Part shown: positions 13,489 through 26,313 of the stretch, one piece after another
Layout: each line of letters begins with the position of its first letter
How positions within the stretch are numbered: the first letter of the stretch is position 1
Assembly (NCBI GenBank): GCA_047495785.1
Contig: JBLDXI010000042.1
Coordinates: forward strand, 1,302,001-1,366,000
From: Lepidodermella squamata
Lineage: Eukaryota > Animalia > Gastrotricha
DNA: 64,000 nucleotides
Reading direction: 5' to 3'
The notes under the pieces: generated by a model
What the model was told of the DNA's origin: nothing
The model's database searches: none
What the model saw: the letters and a program-made list of their open reading frames with translations, nothing else
Translations under genes and position numbers: made by a program

Positions 13489-15611
13489 AATATTTTCTTT
13501 CGTCGTTATGCTCCCGTATTCGACGTTTTCGCCATCAGCAACGTCGATTCCACTAATTCATGTCATTTAATTTTACCCTGATTTACTTTTTTCAAGAATT
13601 TTTTCAAACTTTGAAATTCCAAACCAAGGTCGTAGGTTGGTGCCCGACCTCTCATTTTTTCGCCCTCAAATATTTTCTTTCATCGATATGCTCCCGTTCT
13701 CGACGTTTTCGCCATCAGCAACGTCGATTCCACTAATTCATGTCAATTAATTTTACCCTGATTTACTTTTTTCAAGAATTTTTTCAAACTTTGAAATTCC
13801 AAACCAAGGTCGTAGGTTGGTGCCCGACCTCTCATTTTTTCGCCCTCAAATATTTTCTTTCATCGATATGCTCCCGTTCTCGACGTTTTCGCCATCAGCA
13901 ACGTCGATTCCACTAATTCATGTCAATTAATTTTACCCTGATTTACTTTTTTCAAGAATTTTTTCAAACTTTGAAATTCCAAACCAAGGTCGTAGGTTGG
14001 TGCCCGACCTCTCATTTTTTCGCCCTCAAATATTTTCTTTCATCGATATGCTCCCGTTCTCGACGTTTTCGCCATCAGCAACGTCGATTCCACTAATTCA
14101 TGTCAATTAATTTTACCCTGATTTACTTTTTTCAAGAATTTTTTCAAACTTTGAAATTCCAAACCAAGGTCGTAGGTTGGTGCCCGACCTCTCATTTTTT
14201 CGCCCTCAAATATTTTCTTTCATCGATATGCTCCCGTTCTCGACGTTTTCGCCATCAGCAACGTCGATTCCACTAATTCATGTCAATTAATTTTACCCTG
14301 ATTTACTTTTTTCAAGAATTTTTTCAAACTTTGAAATTCCAAACCAAGGTCGTAGGTTGGTGCCCGACCTCTCATTTTTTCGCCCTCAAATATTTTCTTT
14401 CATCGATATGCTCCCGTTCTCGACGTTTTCGCCATCAGCAACGTCGATTCCACTAATTCATGTCAATTAATTTTACCCTGATTTACTTTTTTCAAGAATT
14501 TTTTCTAACTTTGAAATTCCAAACCAAGGTCGTAGGTTGGTGCCCGACCTCTCATTTTTTCGCCCTCAAATATTTTCTTTCATCGATATGCTCCCGTTCT
14601 CGACGTTTTCGCCATCAGCAACGTCGATTCCACTAATTCATGTCAATTAATTTTACCCTGATTTACTTTTTTCAAGAATTTTTTCAAACTTTGAAATTCC
14701 AAACCAAGGTCGTAGGTTGGTGCCCGACCTCTCATTTTTTCGCCCTCAAATATTTTCTTTCATCGATATGCTCCCGTTCTCGACGTTTTCGCCATCAGCA
14801 ACGTCGATTCCACTAATTCATGTCAATTAATTTTACCCTGATTAACTTTTTTCAAGAATTTTTTCAAACTTTGAAATCCCAAACCAAGGTCGTAGGTTGG
14901 TGCCCGACCTCTCATTTTTTCGCCCTCAAATATTTTCTTTCATCGATATGCTCCCGTTCTCGACGTTTTCGCCATCAGCAACGTCGATTCCACTAATTCA
15001 TGTCAATTAATTTTACCCTGATTTACTTTTTTCAAGAATTTTTTCAAACTTTGAAATTCCAAACCAAGGTCGTAGGTTGGTGCCCGACCTCTCATTTTTT
15101 CGCCCTCAAATATTTTCTTTCATCGATATGCTCCCGTTCTCGACGTTTTCGCCATCAGCAACGTCGATTCCACTAATTCATGTAAATTAATTCTACCCTG
15201 ATTTACTTTTTTCAAGAATTTTTTCAAACTTTGAAATCCCAAACCAAGGTCGTAGGTTGGTGCCCGACCTCTCATTTTTTCGCCCTCAAATATTTTCTTT
15301 CATCGATATGCTCCCGTTCTCGACGTTTTCGCCATCAGCAACGTCGATTCCACTAATTCATGTCAATTAATTTTACCCTGATTTACTTTTTTCAAGAATT
15401 TTTTCAAACTTTGAAATCCCAAACCAAGGTCGTAGGTTGGTGCCCGACCTCTCATTTTTTCGCCCTCAAATATTTTCTTTCATCGATATGCTCCCGTTCT
15501 CGAAGTTTTCGCCATCAGCAACGTCGATTCCACTAATTCATGTCAATTAATTTTACCCTGATTTACTTTTTTCAAGAATTTTTTCAAACTTTGAAATTCC
15601 AAACGAAGGTC
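13489..15611 (+). repeat. 180-bp satellite array, ~12 near-identical units
   Basis: Sequence recurs exactly every three 60-nt lines with only scattered substitutions; no spacers. Confidence 0.98.
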
Positions 15612-16311
15612 ATTTTTTTGAATTTTAGAATTTCGGAAATTTATATTAGCATTTCATTTTTTTTTATTTTTTCTCTTTTTTACCAGTTTGCGAATCGAAT
15701 GACCGATGTTGCACATGCTGTAATCAAATGGCTGAAAACGATTTCAAGACGAAGTGATTTGTGATTTTTCAAACGTGCTACTTCATTTGAACGTTGTTTA
15801 CCAGCTTTGCTGTATGATGCTTTTTAAATTATATTGTTCCAAACCCCATTTTCGCTGACCCAGGCAGTAATAGGGTAGAGATGCCGTCTCAATGCCCGGC
15901 TATGCAGTTAAATAGCCAACCGACGTTGGAATAGTCGGTATAAACTTCCACCGTCCCGGCTCAGACGGCGAAAACGACCACGTCTTGGTGAGACGGTAAA
16001 AAAAACTCCGACAAGGCAAGGTCGGTAAAAAACTTCCAAAATGTCCGCAGGGCTGAGCGACCAGCGCCCTCACTGTGATTCGTCACAAATACTAAGCTGG
16101 AAGGGAACCTATGACGATCTGTCAGGCATCTTCGGATCCGAGGTTTCTCCCCGATATTTCAATTATTGATGTGCATTGGTAATTTCAATAAAATATGTTT
16201 TTCATTTCAATATATTTTTTTTAATTGATGTTCTTCATTCCATTCGCATATGGTGTTATTTTTTATTTATCTAGTTTTATGATGACAATTTTGTGATTAT
16301 GAACTGGAATC

Positions 16312-19300
16312 ATGGTGAAACCGCCTAATTGGAAGCCAAAATCGAAGGGATCGCGTAAGTGTTCCTTTTGCAAACGGAAAGGTGTTCGAATCTCAACCCA
16401 CTGCGGACTACTCAATTGCTCTAAAGCTAAAGGGCAACACCATCCCAAGCCGTGCATTAAGGTTCAACCTCCACAGTCCGCTTCTCAGTCCAATTGTATG
16501 TTTTCCTAATCAATCAGTTATATATGTTTCATCTGTTTTTACACAGCCACGTCGTGTTCGCATGTTGGCGAATCTTTATCGGTAGCTCCATCCTCACTCA
16601 CTGTTCAGAATACGTCTCAGCAGTCGTTGATATCTCAAGGCTTGTTCTTGTTATTCATCCTCAAATTGTATAAATTTGCGATAAAATTTCCCCATAGGTA
16701 GCGGCGCTGTTCTGACTGCTTCGGAGCAATTGTTGGATTCTCAAGGTCAGTAATTTTTATTTCTCAACTATAACTTGACATGTGGCTGTGCCGTTCCAGC
16801 TGTTCCGGCTACCCGGGAAGATCCGCTGCCACCTCCGGGTTAGTTGTTAGATTGAGATTTATTTCATGTCTTGAGCGAATACCACTAAGCTCTTTTAAGA
16901 ATTATAAGAATTGAAGAGGTGTTAACATATGATTGTTATGTCATTTAGTCTTGTCAAATAATATTTTCAGGCGCTTCTTTGAACGAACGGCAGGAATCTA
17001 GCGCGCCTGCAACACGTCAGCCAGTAACTCAGCCATCTTGTCCAGTATGCGGCGCAAAAGGCAGGAAGTATCTGACCCACTGCGACAATGAGGAATGCCG
17101 GATTAGTGGCCGCGGGCATCACGCTAATCCCTGTTTCCAGTTGGAACGACCCGGGCTACAGGCCGGTGTAAATCTTGAGCAGCAACGTAAGTATTATCCA
17201 CCGGGTAACAACCTTTCATAAATAATGATTCATTTAGCTGTGGCGTCCTCTGGAGCTGTTGCTGCTACGTCACAACGGTCGCTGCCATCTATAGGTTAGT
17301 TATTTAATCAAGAATTGTGCTGCCTGGTGTTAACTAAAACTGCTGTTTGTTGCAGCTAGTGGTGGTTCTTCTAATGCACCTATTCTATGTGACAACTGCA
17401 GAAGACGATCGGTGCCCTTTTTCGACATCGACATTGCTGTCGTGGAAGAGCCGGTATCTGGACGCAGCTATGGTGCTCTAGGACTAAGGAAAGTCTATGA
17501 AAACTGCTCGTTATGCCGTTGTTGCCGTCACTATTTGCGCAACGGCGATGCTCGTTTTCCCGCCGGATGGCCAGCCCTTGTTTATAGCCTTTTCTTCAAA
17601 GCAGCGAATAGGCACCTAGCAGAGGCCCTCTCTAACTACATATCGCCGCTCATGAAAATGATGTGGAGCGAGGTCGACGGCTCAAATGTTATGCGGGACT
17701 CGCAGCCGTGTTTCGTTGACAAGACACGTGATCTGGCTGATTTCATGGCCAATATCTACAAAGACGCAGGTATTCTATCAACCTACTAAATGAGTATACG
17801 AATGCAGTTTTTTTTTTAATTGCAGGAGGATTCAGTTACGCGCTAAACATGTACCCAGTGCCCGACGTGATATGTCCGCAAGGTTGCCTCGCTTTCATGG
17901 AGAAGTGCCAGCTAATCCCGTACCATCATTTGATCCAACATGTCACTGGCAGCAATTTCTTCGATTCCGACTTGCGCTGGTTCGAGTCAAGGAGACCCGA
18001 CTGGCCGTGCAACCCAGTGCCTTTCCTCGCTTGGGATTTCGCTGCTGCAATGGTCATGGACGAGACAAAGGGCCTATGCATCCTTGCCTGCATTGACCAC
18101 AGCAAGCCGGACCTGTTTTCCATGTACCTGCATCTCCCTGCGAATCCCGAGTTCGACCGGTTCCACGATCCGCAGCAGACCGAAATCTATGCACCCGTGC
18201 ACGTGCAGCCCAATTTCGTCAGAGGCGGGCGAGTCGGTCAGTCGAACGCATCAGTGCCAGTGACAAAAACTCTGGGTGATCAATTAGGTGTCGGCAGCTT
18301 TACATTGCGTGGTGCTCACTCGGCAAATCGCAAGGCTTTGAGCATGTACGCCAGCGCCTTTAAGCCACACCTTTTGGCCTTGCGATATCGTCCTGAGATT
18401 CGCAACACCGCGATCAGCAGATTTGGCGAGGAACACGTGGCTCACGTTCTTGCTGATTTTGATCAGCATTGCCCAACTGCTGTCGTGAGAAACCATGTCA
18501 AGGGTGGCACTTTCATCGAGCTAGCTGACTGTTACTTCACCTGGGCTATTCGCCGCAAAATCGCGACAGGTCAGTACATTTCATTCTTAATCTACTACTA
18601 TAGATTAGACTCAACAGAATTAGCACTGCATTAATTTTGCTGATAGTGATAGCCTTGTAATCGGGCCCTGCACTGAATTTTAGATGCGTTTTGTCCAATA
18701 TAAAATTCTCCAATATAAATGGTCAAAGAACGGATGTAGCAACTGTAGTAGAGTATCGCGCGGGATAACCACTGCAAATTATTATGTAGTGTACTTCGGG
18801 AGGATAAGATTAGGCCGATCGAACTGCTCCAAATTCTCGATATAATAAACAAATATAGAGATACTAAGATTCAAGCGCATTAACAATTCATCATCGATTC
18901 CTACGAATTGTCTCATTTCGTCCTTCTTTATTTTAGGAAGTGATTCGTCGAAAAAAGGGAAAACACCTTCAGAAGCCGTGATCTTCAATCCGGTTCACCC
19001 GAACGATGATCATGGCTTAATCCCCTGGGCGTTCAAGTCGGGTCAAGGCGACAACCCTAGTCAGCTCCTGACACTGGTTGCCAACGTCGTTTCGTTGTGC
19101 CGCCCTGTGTACCGTGCGGCGTTGAGTCATCTAGTGCTTGGCAGTCCCGATTTAACACGCGTCGACATCGGTGACTTGCTCAGTCATACTGTTTCGCTGC
19201 CGCGCCCGAAAACCCCTCGTACTCTGAATTTGTCGCATCTGGCAAGGGACTTCTGGTCACTGACAGAACCCGAAAGTGATAGCGGATCTGACGATGACGA

Positions 19301-22300
19301 AGAATCCCCCGATGTCGTTACGCGGGCATTAACTTTGATTGGGAGAGTTACTGCGCCGATTAATGATGTCGAGTTGTCGTTTGCTGGATCTCATCTTTTA
19401 GCGATAAGAAAGGGGCAAACCATGGACGGCGAAAGAAGGAGTCTCCGAAGTCATGGTGAGTGTTTTATTCATATTTTGGCAATTATTGCTGCATTATTAG
19501 ACGTTGTGGTGATACATATCATGATCTTGGGTCCTGAATTTCAAAATTTACTGGTTTTAATCAAAAATTGAAACAACAAAAAATTGAGGGCTCCCATTCA
19601 AGTTATAATGACGTAAATCTTGAAATATTGAGTAATTTTCAAATCGTTTGATTCATACCTAGATAACCCTTGTTTATTTCGTGTTGACAGTGGGTAGGGT
19701 GCTGGTCATCCACGGAGGTCAATCTCAGCTGCTGACCGAATACCAGACTTCGCATGAGCTGCTGATGTGCCGACCCGAAGGTGCCTTGCCGATCAATTGG
19801 CCCGCATTGCCCTTGTCGCTGAAAGCTGGTCATCACCTGCTACTTGCCCGCGTCAAGTTTGGCTCGAAATCCTACATCGTTTTTCGATGGTCGCCTAGCT
19901 TCAGTGGCTGGTGGACAGTAGAGCCTAGCGGGCGAGTGGTTCGTGGTGTCAGTGATCAGCACATGCGCTCTGACGTCCAATTTGCGATTTACGCTCTGCC
20001 TGGCAACCAGACGTTCTGCAATCAAGCCGTCCGTCAATCGCTCGGTGGTCAAAGCAAGGCTGCCTGCGAAATGCATTTCGACTCTGTCGAGTTCAACTTC
20101 ACTCTTATGAAAGTGCCGGTGAAACATAAGGTGAAGTGTTGCATGCGATCACCGGGAAGAGCCAATCAATGCGGCAAACCTGCTCAGTTGCGCTGTCCTG
20201 CGGGCTTGCAGAATGGCAGCTTGTCGTGCAGTGTCGGCATCTGCACGCGGTGCTTCAAGAAGCTTCCAGCGGACGGTATCACCAAGCTCTCAGCGCCTGA
20301 CTTTCTGCCTGATGTGCCTGAAGATGCTGAATTGCAACTGTCAGCTAGCAGGGCATCGAACTTGGAAGCTCAAGCCGACGAGGTTCCGCCGCAGCCTGAG
20401 CAGCTTCATTTGGCTACTGATATTCAATTTCCTCGAGGCGATGCTGAGCCGCTGTATGATCCGACCAAGGGTATTCTCGCCAAGTATCTCTGGCAGCACT
20501 TGGGAATTCTGCAGCGAACCAGGCTCGCTTTCGATTCTGCCCAGAAGTCTTTTCTACTGCAGCAGATGGTTGCCTTCGGAGATGCCCCTGCTACTTCCAT
20601 CTTGTACCCGGAGGGTGCTCTGTTTCCGTCACTTTTCTATTGCCAACGTGATGGCAGTGTTGTTGGTGCTTTGCCTCACCATCACTACTCGTCCTACAAC
20701 TCCGACTATACAGGTGGAATCGGCTCCCTGTCTGATCATGTCAAAGTCAGGTTGCGCAACTTCTTCTTGGCAACAAGCTGGTCGTTTGCGTCAATCTACT
20801 TCTCCTTTGACATGAAGCTATCGGCGCAGCTGAACAAAAACAGCACTGCAATCTTCATGAAGCGTGGGACAGAAGGCCTGGCAGGTAAAGGCGCTGTTGG
20901 CTGGTCTCCTCCTGGCACGGCTCTCGAATACGAGGAGTTCGACAAGGAGTCGAGGCTGAAAGAGCTTGGCGCCCTAATCAAGCATGAAGAATGGAAGTGG
21001 TTCGGGACAATTACTTGTAATGATACAGGTTAGCACAAGTTTTGGTATTCAATCTCACTCAATTGTAGACTGAATAATTTCTCCAAGAATTGTTTGAAAT
21101 TTGAAATTTTACCACCTCGACCTACACAATGCATTATTTTTCAATTCCAGGCACACCTGGTGTATGTGAAATCGTCAAAGCCCTTATGATAAACGCTCAA
21201 AGGCACCATGGTCCACGCCCTGTTCTGTCGAAGGCCGACTATCAGCGAACTTTTCGTCAGCGTCTGCTCCTTGTTTCAAGGCTTGACGAGACCGAGTACA
21301 AGCGGCTGTACTACGCCCATTTCATCCTCATCAGCATGGCTTGGCAACGAGTGCAGGAGCATCTGATCGAGTTCCTGAAGCGCACGAATGTTGTTGGCAC
21401 TGTCACCACTATTTTCGTCAGGAACGAATTTCAGAGCGAATCACTCGTTGGCAACAAAAGTCATCTGCATATGGGCATTTCAGTACGCGAAAGCCGGGCA
21501 GAACTGCTGGAGAAAGTTTGCTGTGATCCTCGTGAATTCTTCTCGGAGCGGTACGGCACGTCATTCGACGAGCTTCAGCGCTTGAGGTTGGTCGAGAGCC
21601 GAGATCACTTCGAGCTGCTCAAGGAGGTCCATTACCCCTTCCAACGTCACGAATGCGAGAAAGCGTTTTGGAAATGTCAAGTTCCACGCGGCGAAGGAGG
21701 GGAAATGGTTTGCCGAGTTCGCCAGCACGGCGTCTCCAGCAGCGGCTATTTCGAAGAATTCCGCAACGTGTACTCCGAGGATACCCTGAAAGAGCTGCAA
21801 TCCCTAGACCTCGCCAGAGAAGTGCCCAATCCCACTGGCGACTTTGACTGGGAATTTCTGGCTGATCAGCTCAAGTCGGGCGTGTACCACTACGCGATCA
21901 AGCATCTCGAGAAGGGCGTGAAGTTCATTCCGCAAATCCCGATCATCGCGGCAATGATGGGCGGCTCCACGAACTTTCAGATATGCGATTCTCATTTCAG
22001 CGTATCTTACCTGACGAGCTACGTTGCCAGCTCCGACGCTCGCCCTGAAGCTTACGCTGCAACGACAGATGTTCCGGGCCAAGTCGTTGCTTTGTTCCCT
22101 GCTGGTTTTGAGCGAGGTCAAAAGCTTGCTAGTGTTCGGTGAGTAATATCTTTGCACTTCAATTGACTTGAAAAACTTTGATGTTTTTAGGAAAGTGATG
22201 GAAGCGAAGCTGAAGCATTTCCGTCGAGAAAGCATGCAGAGCTTTATCTTCATCGCCTTGACAGAAGTTGCTTGGTTCGCGTTGGGGTTTCCCTACACCA

Positions 22301-25300
22301 TCACGAATGTCGGTTTCGTACACATCAACACACACCCACCAGCTTCGCGGCTAATGTTGTGGCGACCGAAAGAAGCAGTGAAAAAGCGACTACCGGGTAT
22401 GCTCTTGAGAATAGTTATTGTGATTATTTTCAAATAATATTCCAAAAACAGGTACAGATGTAGTTGCTGTCGACCCAAACTACAATCGCCGGGGCCTGCC
22501 TCAGTGGCGCTTGTTCACGGAAGCATGCATTCGTCTGATCATGAAAATGAGAGGCACGAATCTGCTAGCTGGCCCTGTCGAGAAGTTCGAGATTCGACCT
22601 CCCGAGGCTCGTATCTTTGCGTCACCTGCTATCTATCACGCGGTGTTCGTCATCGACCGGAAAAACCGACGACCATACAACCCGATGGTCGATCCTTACA
22701 TCCGTTTTTTCGACGGCTTCAAGCGGGAGGTCCGAATCAACGATTGCAGTTTGCGCATCGCGCTCGACTATCTGGCTCAGCAGGACCAATCCAATGCAGC
22801 CGTTCAAGCACTCACGGAAATTTTCGAACTCTTGGTCGAAGGCGATCCTGTCTATGTTGACCGGTAACGATCTTTACGTTTTTATAATTTTCGGAATATT
22901 TCAAATGTACGCTGAACTAGGTACTTGCACGTCACAAATAAGGCGGCGATAATTCCAGTCCTATCCACCATCTCTCCGCTCAACCGCTTCAACTTCTTGT
23001 ATCACGTCGTCATGACGTTTGGTCGAATCGAAGATGAGGCTACTACCTTTCCGGCTGGGCATCTCCGGGCGGCATTTGTTCGATCGGGGCTCATTCGGGT
23101 CAATCCTGAAGGCGAGCCGACCAACCTTCCTGCCGACGTGAGGTCTCTGAAGCGTCGCGTCATTCTCGAAATCTTCGCTTTCCTGCCAATCGGTGTCAAG
23201 AGATTCGATTTTTACGTCGCCACTCTGAAATCCATGTTCGAGCAGTTTTTCTTTGGCGATGGAGGCACCGACAATCTCTCGGCACTGACTGACTGGGATG
23301 CGATTGAACGGGAAGTTGACGAGGATATTGTCCGAGCGGAAGGAGAAATGAAGCGGTCTGTGGTTGAGGTGACGCATTCGCAGCTTGTCGGGAAATTGCC
23401 GCTACCACCGCTGTCGGATTTCACTGACGCTACATCGTGTCAACCTTTGGAATGGATTCCGAGTCTTCAACGACAACCAGGTCAGTCGGACCAGTCTTTC
23501 CAGGAGCAGCAGGCGGCTCTGGCTTTCGGTATGAAGACACTCGAACGCTTCCGAAGCAGAGCTAGCTTCAAGCACATCGCACTGGTTGGTCCTCCTGGGG
23601 CTGGAAAGACAACGCTGGCGCAGATCCTTGCCATGGTTGCCGTTTCTAAGGGACTACGAGTTGTCATTACTGCTTTGACCTCGGAGCGAGCACGAGTTCT
23701 TGGCGGTCGGCACATCCACCTGCTTTTTCCTTTGCCGGTTAAGCAAATACCGTACAAAAATGTAATGGCGTATGCTGACGGCTGCCTCAAGAATCTGTGT
23801 TTCAAGACTACGCCGTCTGTTGTCCTATATCGGGCTGACGTCTTCATCATCGAAGAAATTGGGCTGGTCTCTGCTGAAACCCTGGAAATCTTGGACACAG
23901 TTATGAGGAGTCTTACAGGTAAGCAAACCAGCATTCAATTATTACTGGTATTTATAGTTTTCATTAGGAGTCGATGCGAAAATGGGTGGCAAATTGATCA
24001 TTGCTACCGGGGACTTTGCTCAGCTCGAGACGATCAATGGTGAGAGTTGATTTATTGCAATACTAACATGTATATTGTATTTGTTTTTTTTAATTATCCC
24101 AGGTCGATCCTTTTGGGAATCAACACAATTGTACCTCAGCTACGACGTCGCATTGTTGAAACATTTCGTTCGGGCTGCCACTGACCCGCTACTCCAGCGG
24201 GTGCTGTTGATTTTGCGGCAAGGCGTTCTTGACGAGATTGACCGGGACTTCATCCTCAAAGCTGTGACTAGAACGTGCAACTTTTACGACACTTGGGACA
24301 ACGTTCCGTTCCTTGTCCAGCGGATCGTCCCAACAAGAGAAGCTGAACAAGAGGTTAGTTGGAAACGGAAAATTTTGGTGATCACTCTTGCCTTTCATTA
24401 ATTGATCAGGTCATTCGGAAGTTCCTGCAAGACGCTAGTCTCAGTGGCAAGACTTTGAAAACAGCTCTATGCATCGACGAAGTAAACACGCGTGGTGCCT
24501 GGGAACCTCTTCACCGTCCCGAATGGAAAAAAGCTATCAACAAACAGTCACTCAAGCCCGAGAACTTAACGCTCTTTGTTGGTGCTGTGGTTGCTATGAC
24601 CTACAATCACGTAGCGTCGAACCCGCAACACTCCTTCTCCCAAGGGCAGCTAGCTCTGGTGACGCAGTTGCCGGAAGACATGGCCGCACCGGATGCCAAA
24701 ATTTCTGTCCGCTTGGTTCCTCCAGGGCTGCGTGACATTGCACCAGATGAGGCTTGGCCAGAAATAAGTGTGGGCCGGCATCGGGACGATAACATTGTTG
24801 TTGGCGACAACAAAACGCACCTGCGTCGTGTTCAGTTTCCGCTGCGGCATTACATTGCCTCGACTATTCATCGTGAGTGCTAACCTTGTTTTTATATTCA
24901 AGTATATAAAAATGTTAATTGTTTTCAGGAATCATGGGTTCTACCTGCGAGAACGGCGTTGCAGCCAAGATTGCTTCCAACGAGAAGGTACGTATTGCGA
25001 ACAATAACTGTGGATATTGATATGTTCAATGTACTGTAATGAAGGGCTACGTGCTATGGGAACGGGCGCAGCTTGCTGTCATTCTCTCGCGGTGCCGTTC
25101 ACTTGACCGTGTGTCATTTGTTGGCGAACGCGCAGACATCACTGTGGCCATCGAAAGGCTGTTGATGGCAGTCGATGAGCCATACGAGGCTATCGTCGCA
25201 TCGCTGCAAACGCTGGACGTGCTGCCTACCTCAACAGTCGCCAGTAACTGGTCAGCCGGACGACAGCAGCAGGTCAGCGACCCCGACGAACTGCCCGACA

Positions 25301-26313
25301 TCACGTTCCGCGTTTTACGAACAACTTCCGGGTTAGTCCACTTACTTATTTGGCTCTTTGTATAGTCAACTCACTAATTGCGTATGTCCCATTATATATC
25401 GAGTCTTGACAGTTCATATTTCTATAACCATTTTATTATATTTCAAAATAGAATAAGTCGAACGTTTTCAAGAAAATTTTTCTTATAGATCATTCACGAT
25501 CGAGCAGCTTGGCGATGCTCAAACTTCCATCCCATTGTAAGTATGGCATTGTTCATCTGCTTTATATACTATTCAAAACTTCTTCATAGCCCTGCAACCG
25601 TTGACCAGGCAAGCTCCTCCGATGCGCCTGTTGTCCCACGGTTAGTATAACCTATCAATTCCATTTCATTGCTTCAAATTCTGCTCAATTTATCAGAGTG
25701 CCGACATTGTTGGACTTCTACCGCGTCGTCGGTCCTGATTTGTCGGAACGCGAGCCCAATGGCGTCGTTTATCAATTGGTGGAGGTGGCTCAGCCGTGGG
25801 CCAGCTACTTTGGCGAAACCGAGCAAGCGCCTCTACAGCGACTTTATGACCACAATCACAGTAAATACAAGAGAGACTAAAAAAATCGAACTGCTAACAT
25901 TTGATTTCAGATGCAGGGGCCGCGATGACTCGCGGCAAGCAATGGCATTTGTACGCCGTCGCTCGTGGCTTGCCTGATGACGAAACCAGGTTGAACCTGG
26001 AGAAAAGGTGCCAGGACCTAATTACAGCGCAACCTGAGCTTTTGCCGTGGCAAGTTAGGACCAAGTTTGAGTCCTACGTGGACGACATCAACGCTCGCCT
26101 GCATGGGTCCACTGCTGTAATTCGTTACGGCGAGTTGGACGAGGCTAAGGTTCACCGCCTGCGTACGATCTCCTTGTGAGTCAGCTGATGGATGTCATTC
26201 TTTTTACTCAATCCTTTCACTTTTCAGCACGTCGACAATTAGAGTAGCACCGGCGCCACCGTCAGCGCAAGAAGAAGCAGGTGAACTAATCGACCAAGAT
26301 CCGCCCCCAAAGC
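16312..26313 (+). CDS. Multi-exon RepHel transposase A: Cys/His fingers + HUH/Y2 Rep + Pif1-like helicase + GIY-YIG nuclease (3' end apparently truncated relative to B)
   Basis: Rep motif 1 WFGTITCND (split by intron 21029-21150), motif 2 RNEFQSESLVGNKSHLH, motif 3 YLTSYVAS, ALTEVAWFALGFP. Helicase GPPGAGKT, IIEEIGLV, GDFAQL, QFPLRHYIASTIHRIMGST, QLAVILSR. Intron positions match copy B. Whether the 5' finger exons splice into the same mRNA is inferred. Confidence 0.85.
25697..26175 (+). CDS. SLX1/UPF0213-like GIY-YIG endonuclease domain of element A (two exons)
   Basis: GVVYQL...SYFGET...LQRLYDHN|DAGAAMTRGKQW-L-A---GL...LE: Tyr, Tyr, Arg, His and Glu at GIY-YIG catalytic positions. Confidence 0.75.

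Noticed and set aside
13489-15611. CRISPR-like array
   Set aside because: Units are contiguous near-identical 180-mers with no unique spacers, no cas genes, and the context is eukaryotic.
22925-25330. Host PIF1 gene
   Set aside because: Fused to an HUH Rep domain, duplicated within repeat-bounded units and has non-canonical motifs.
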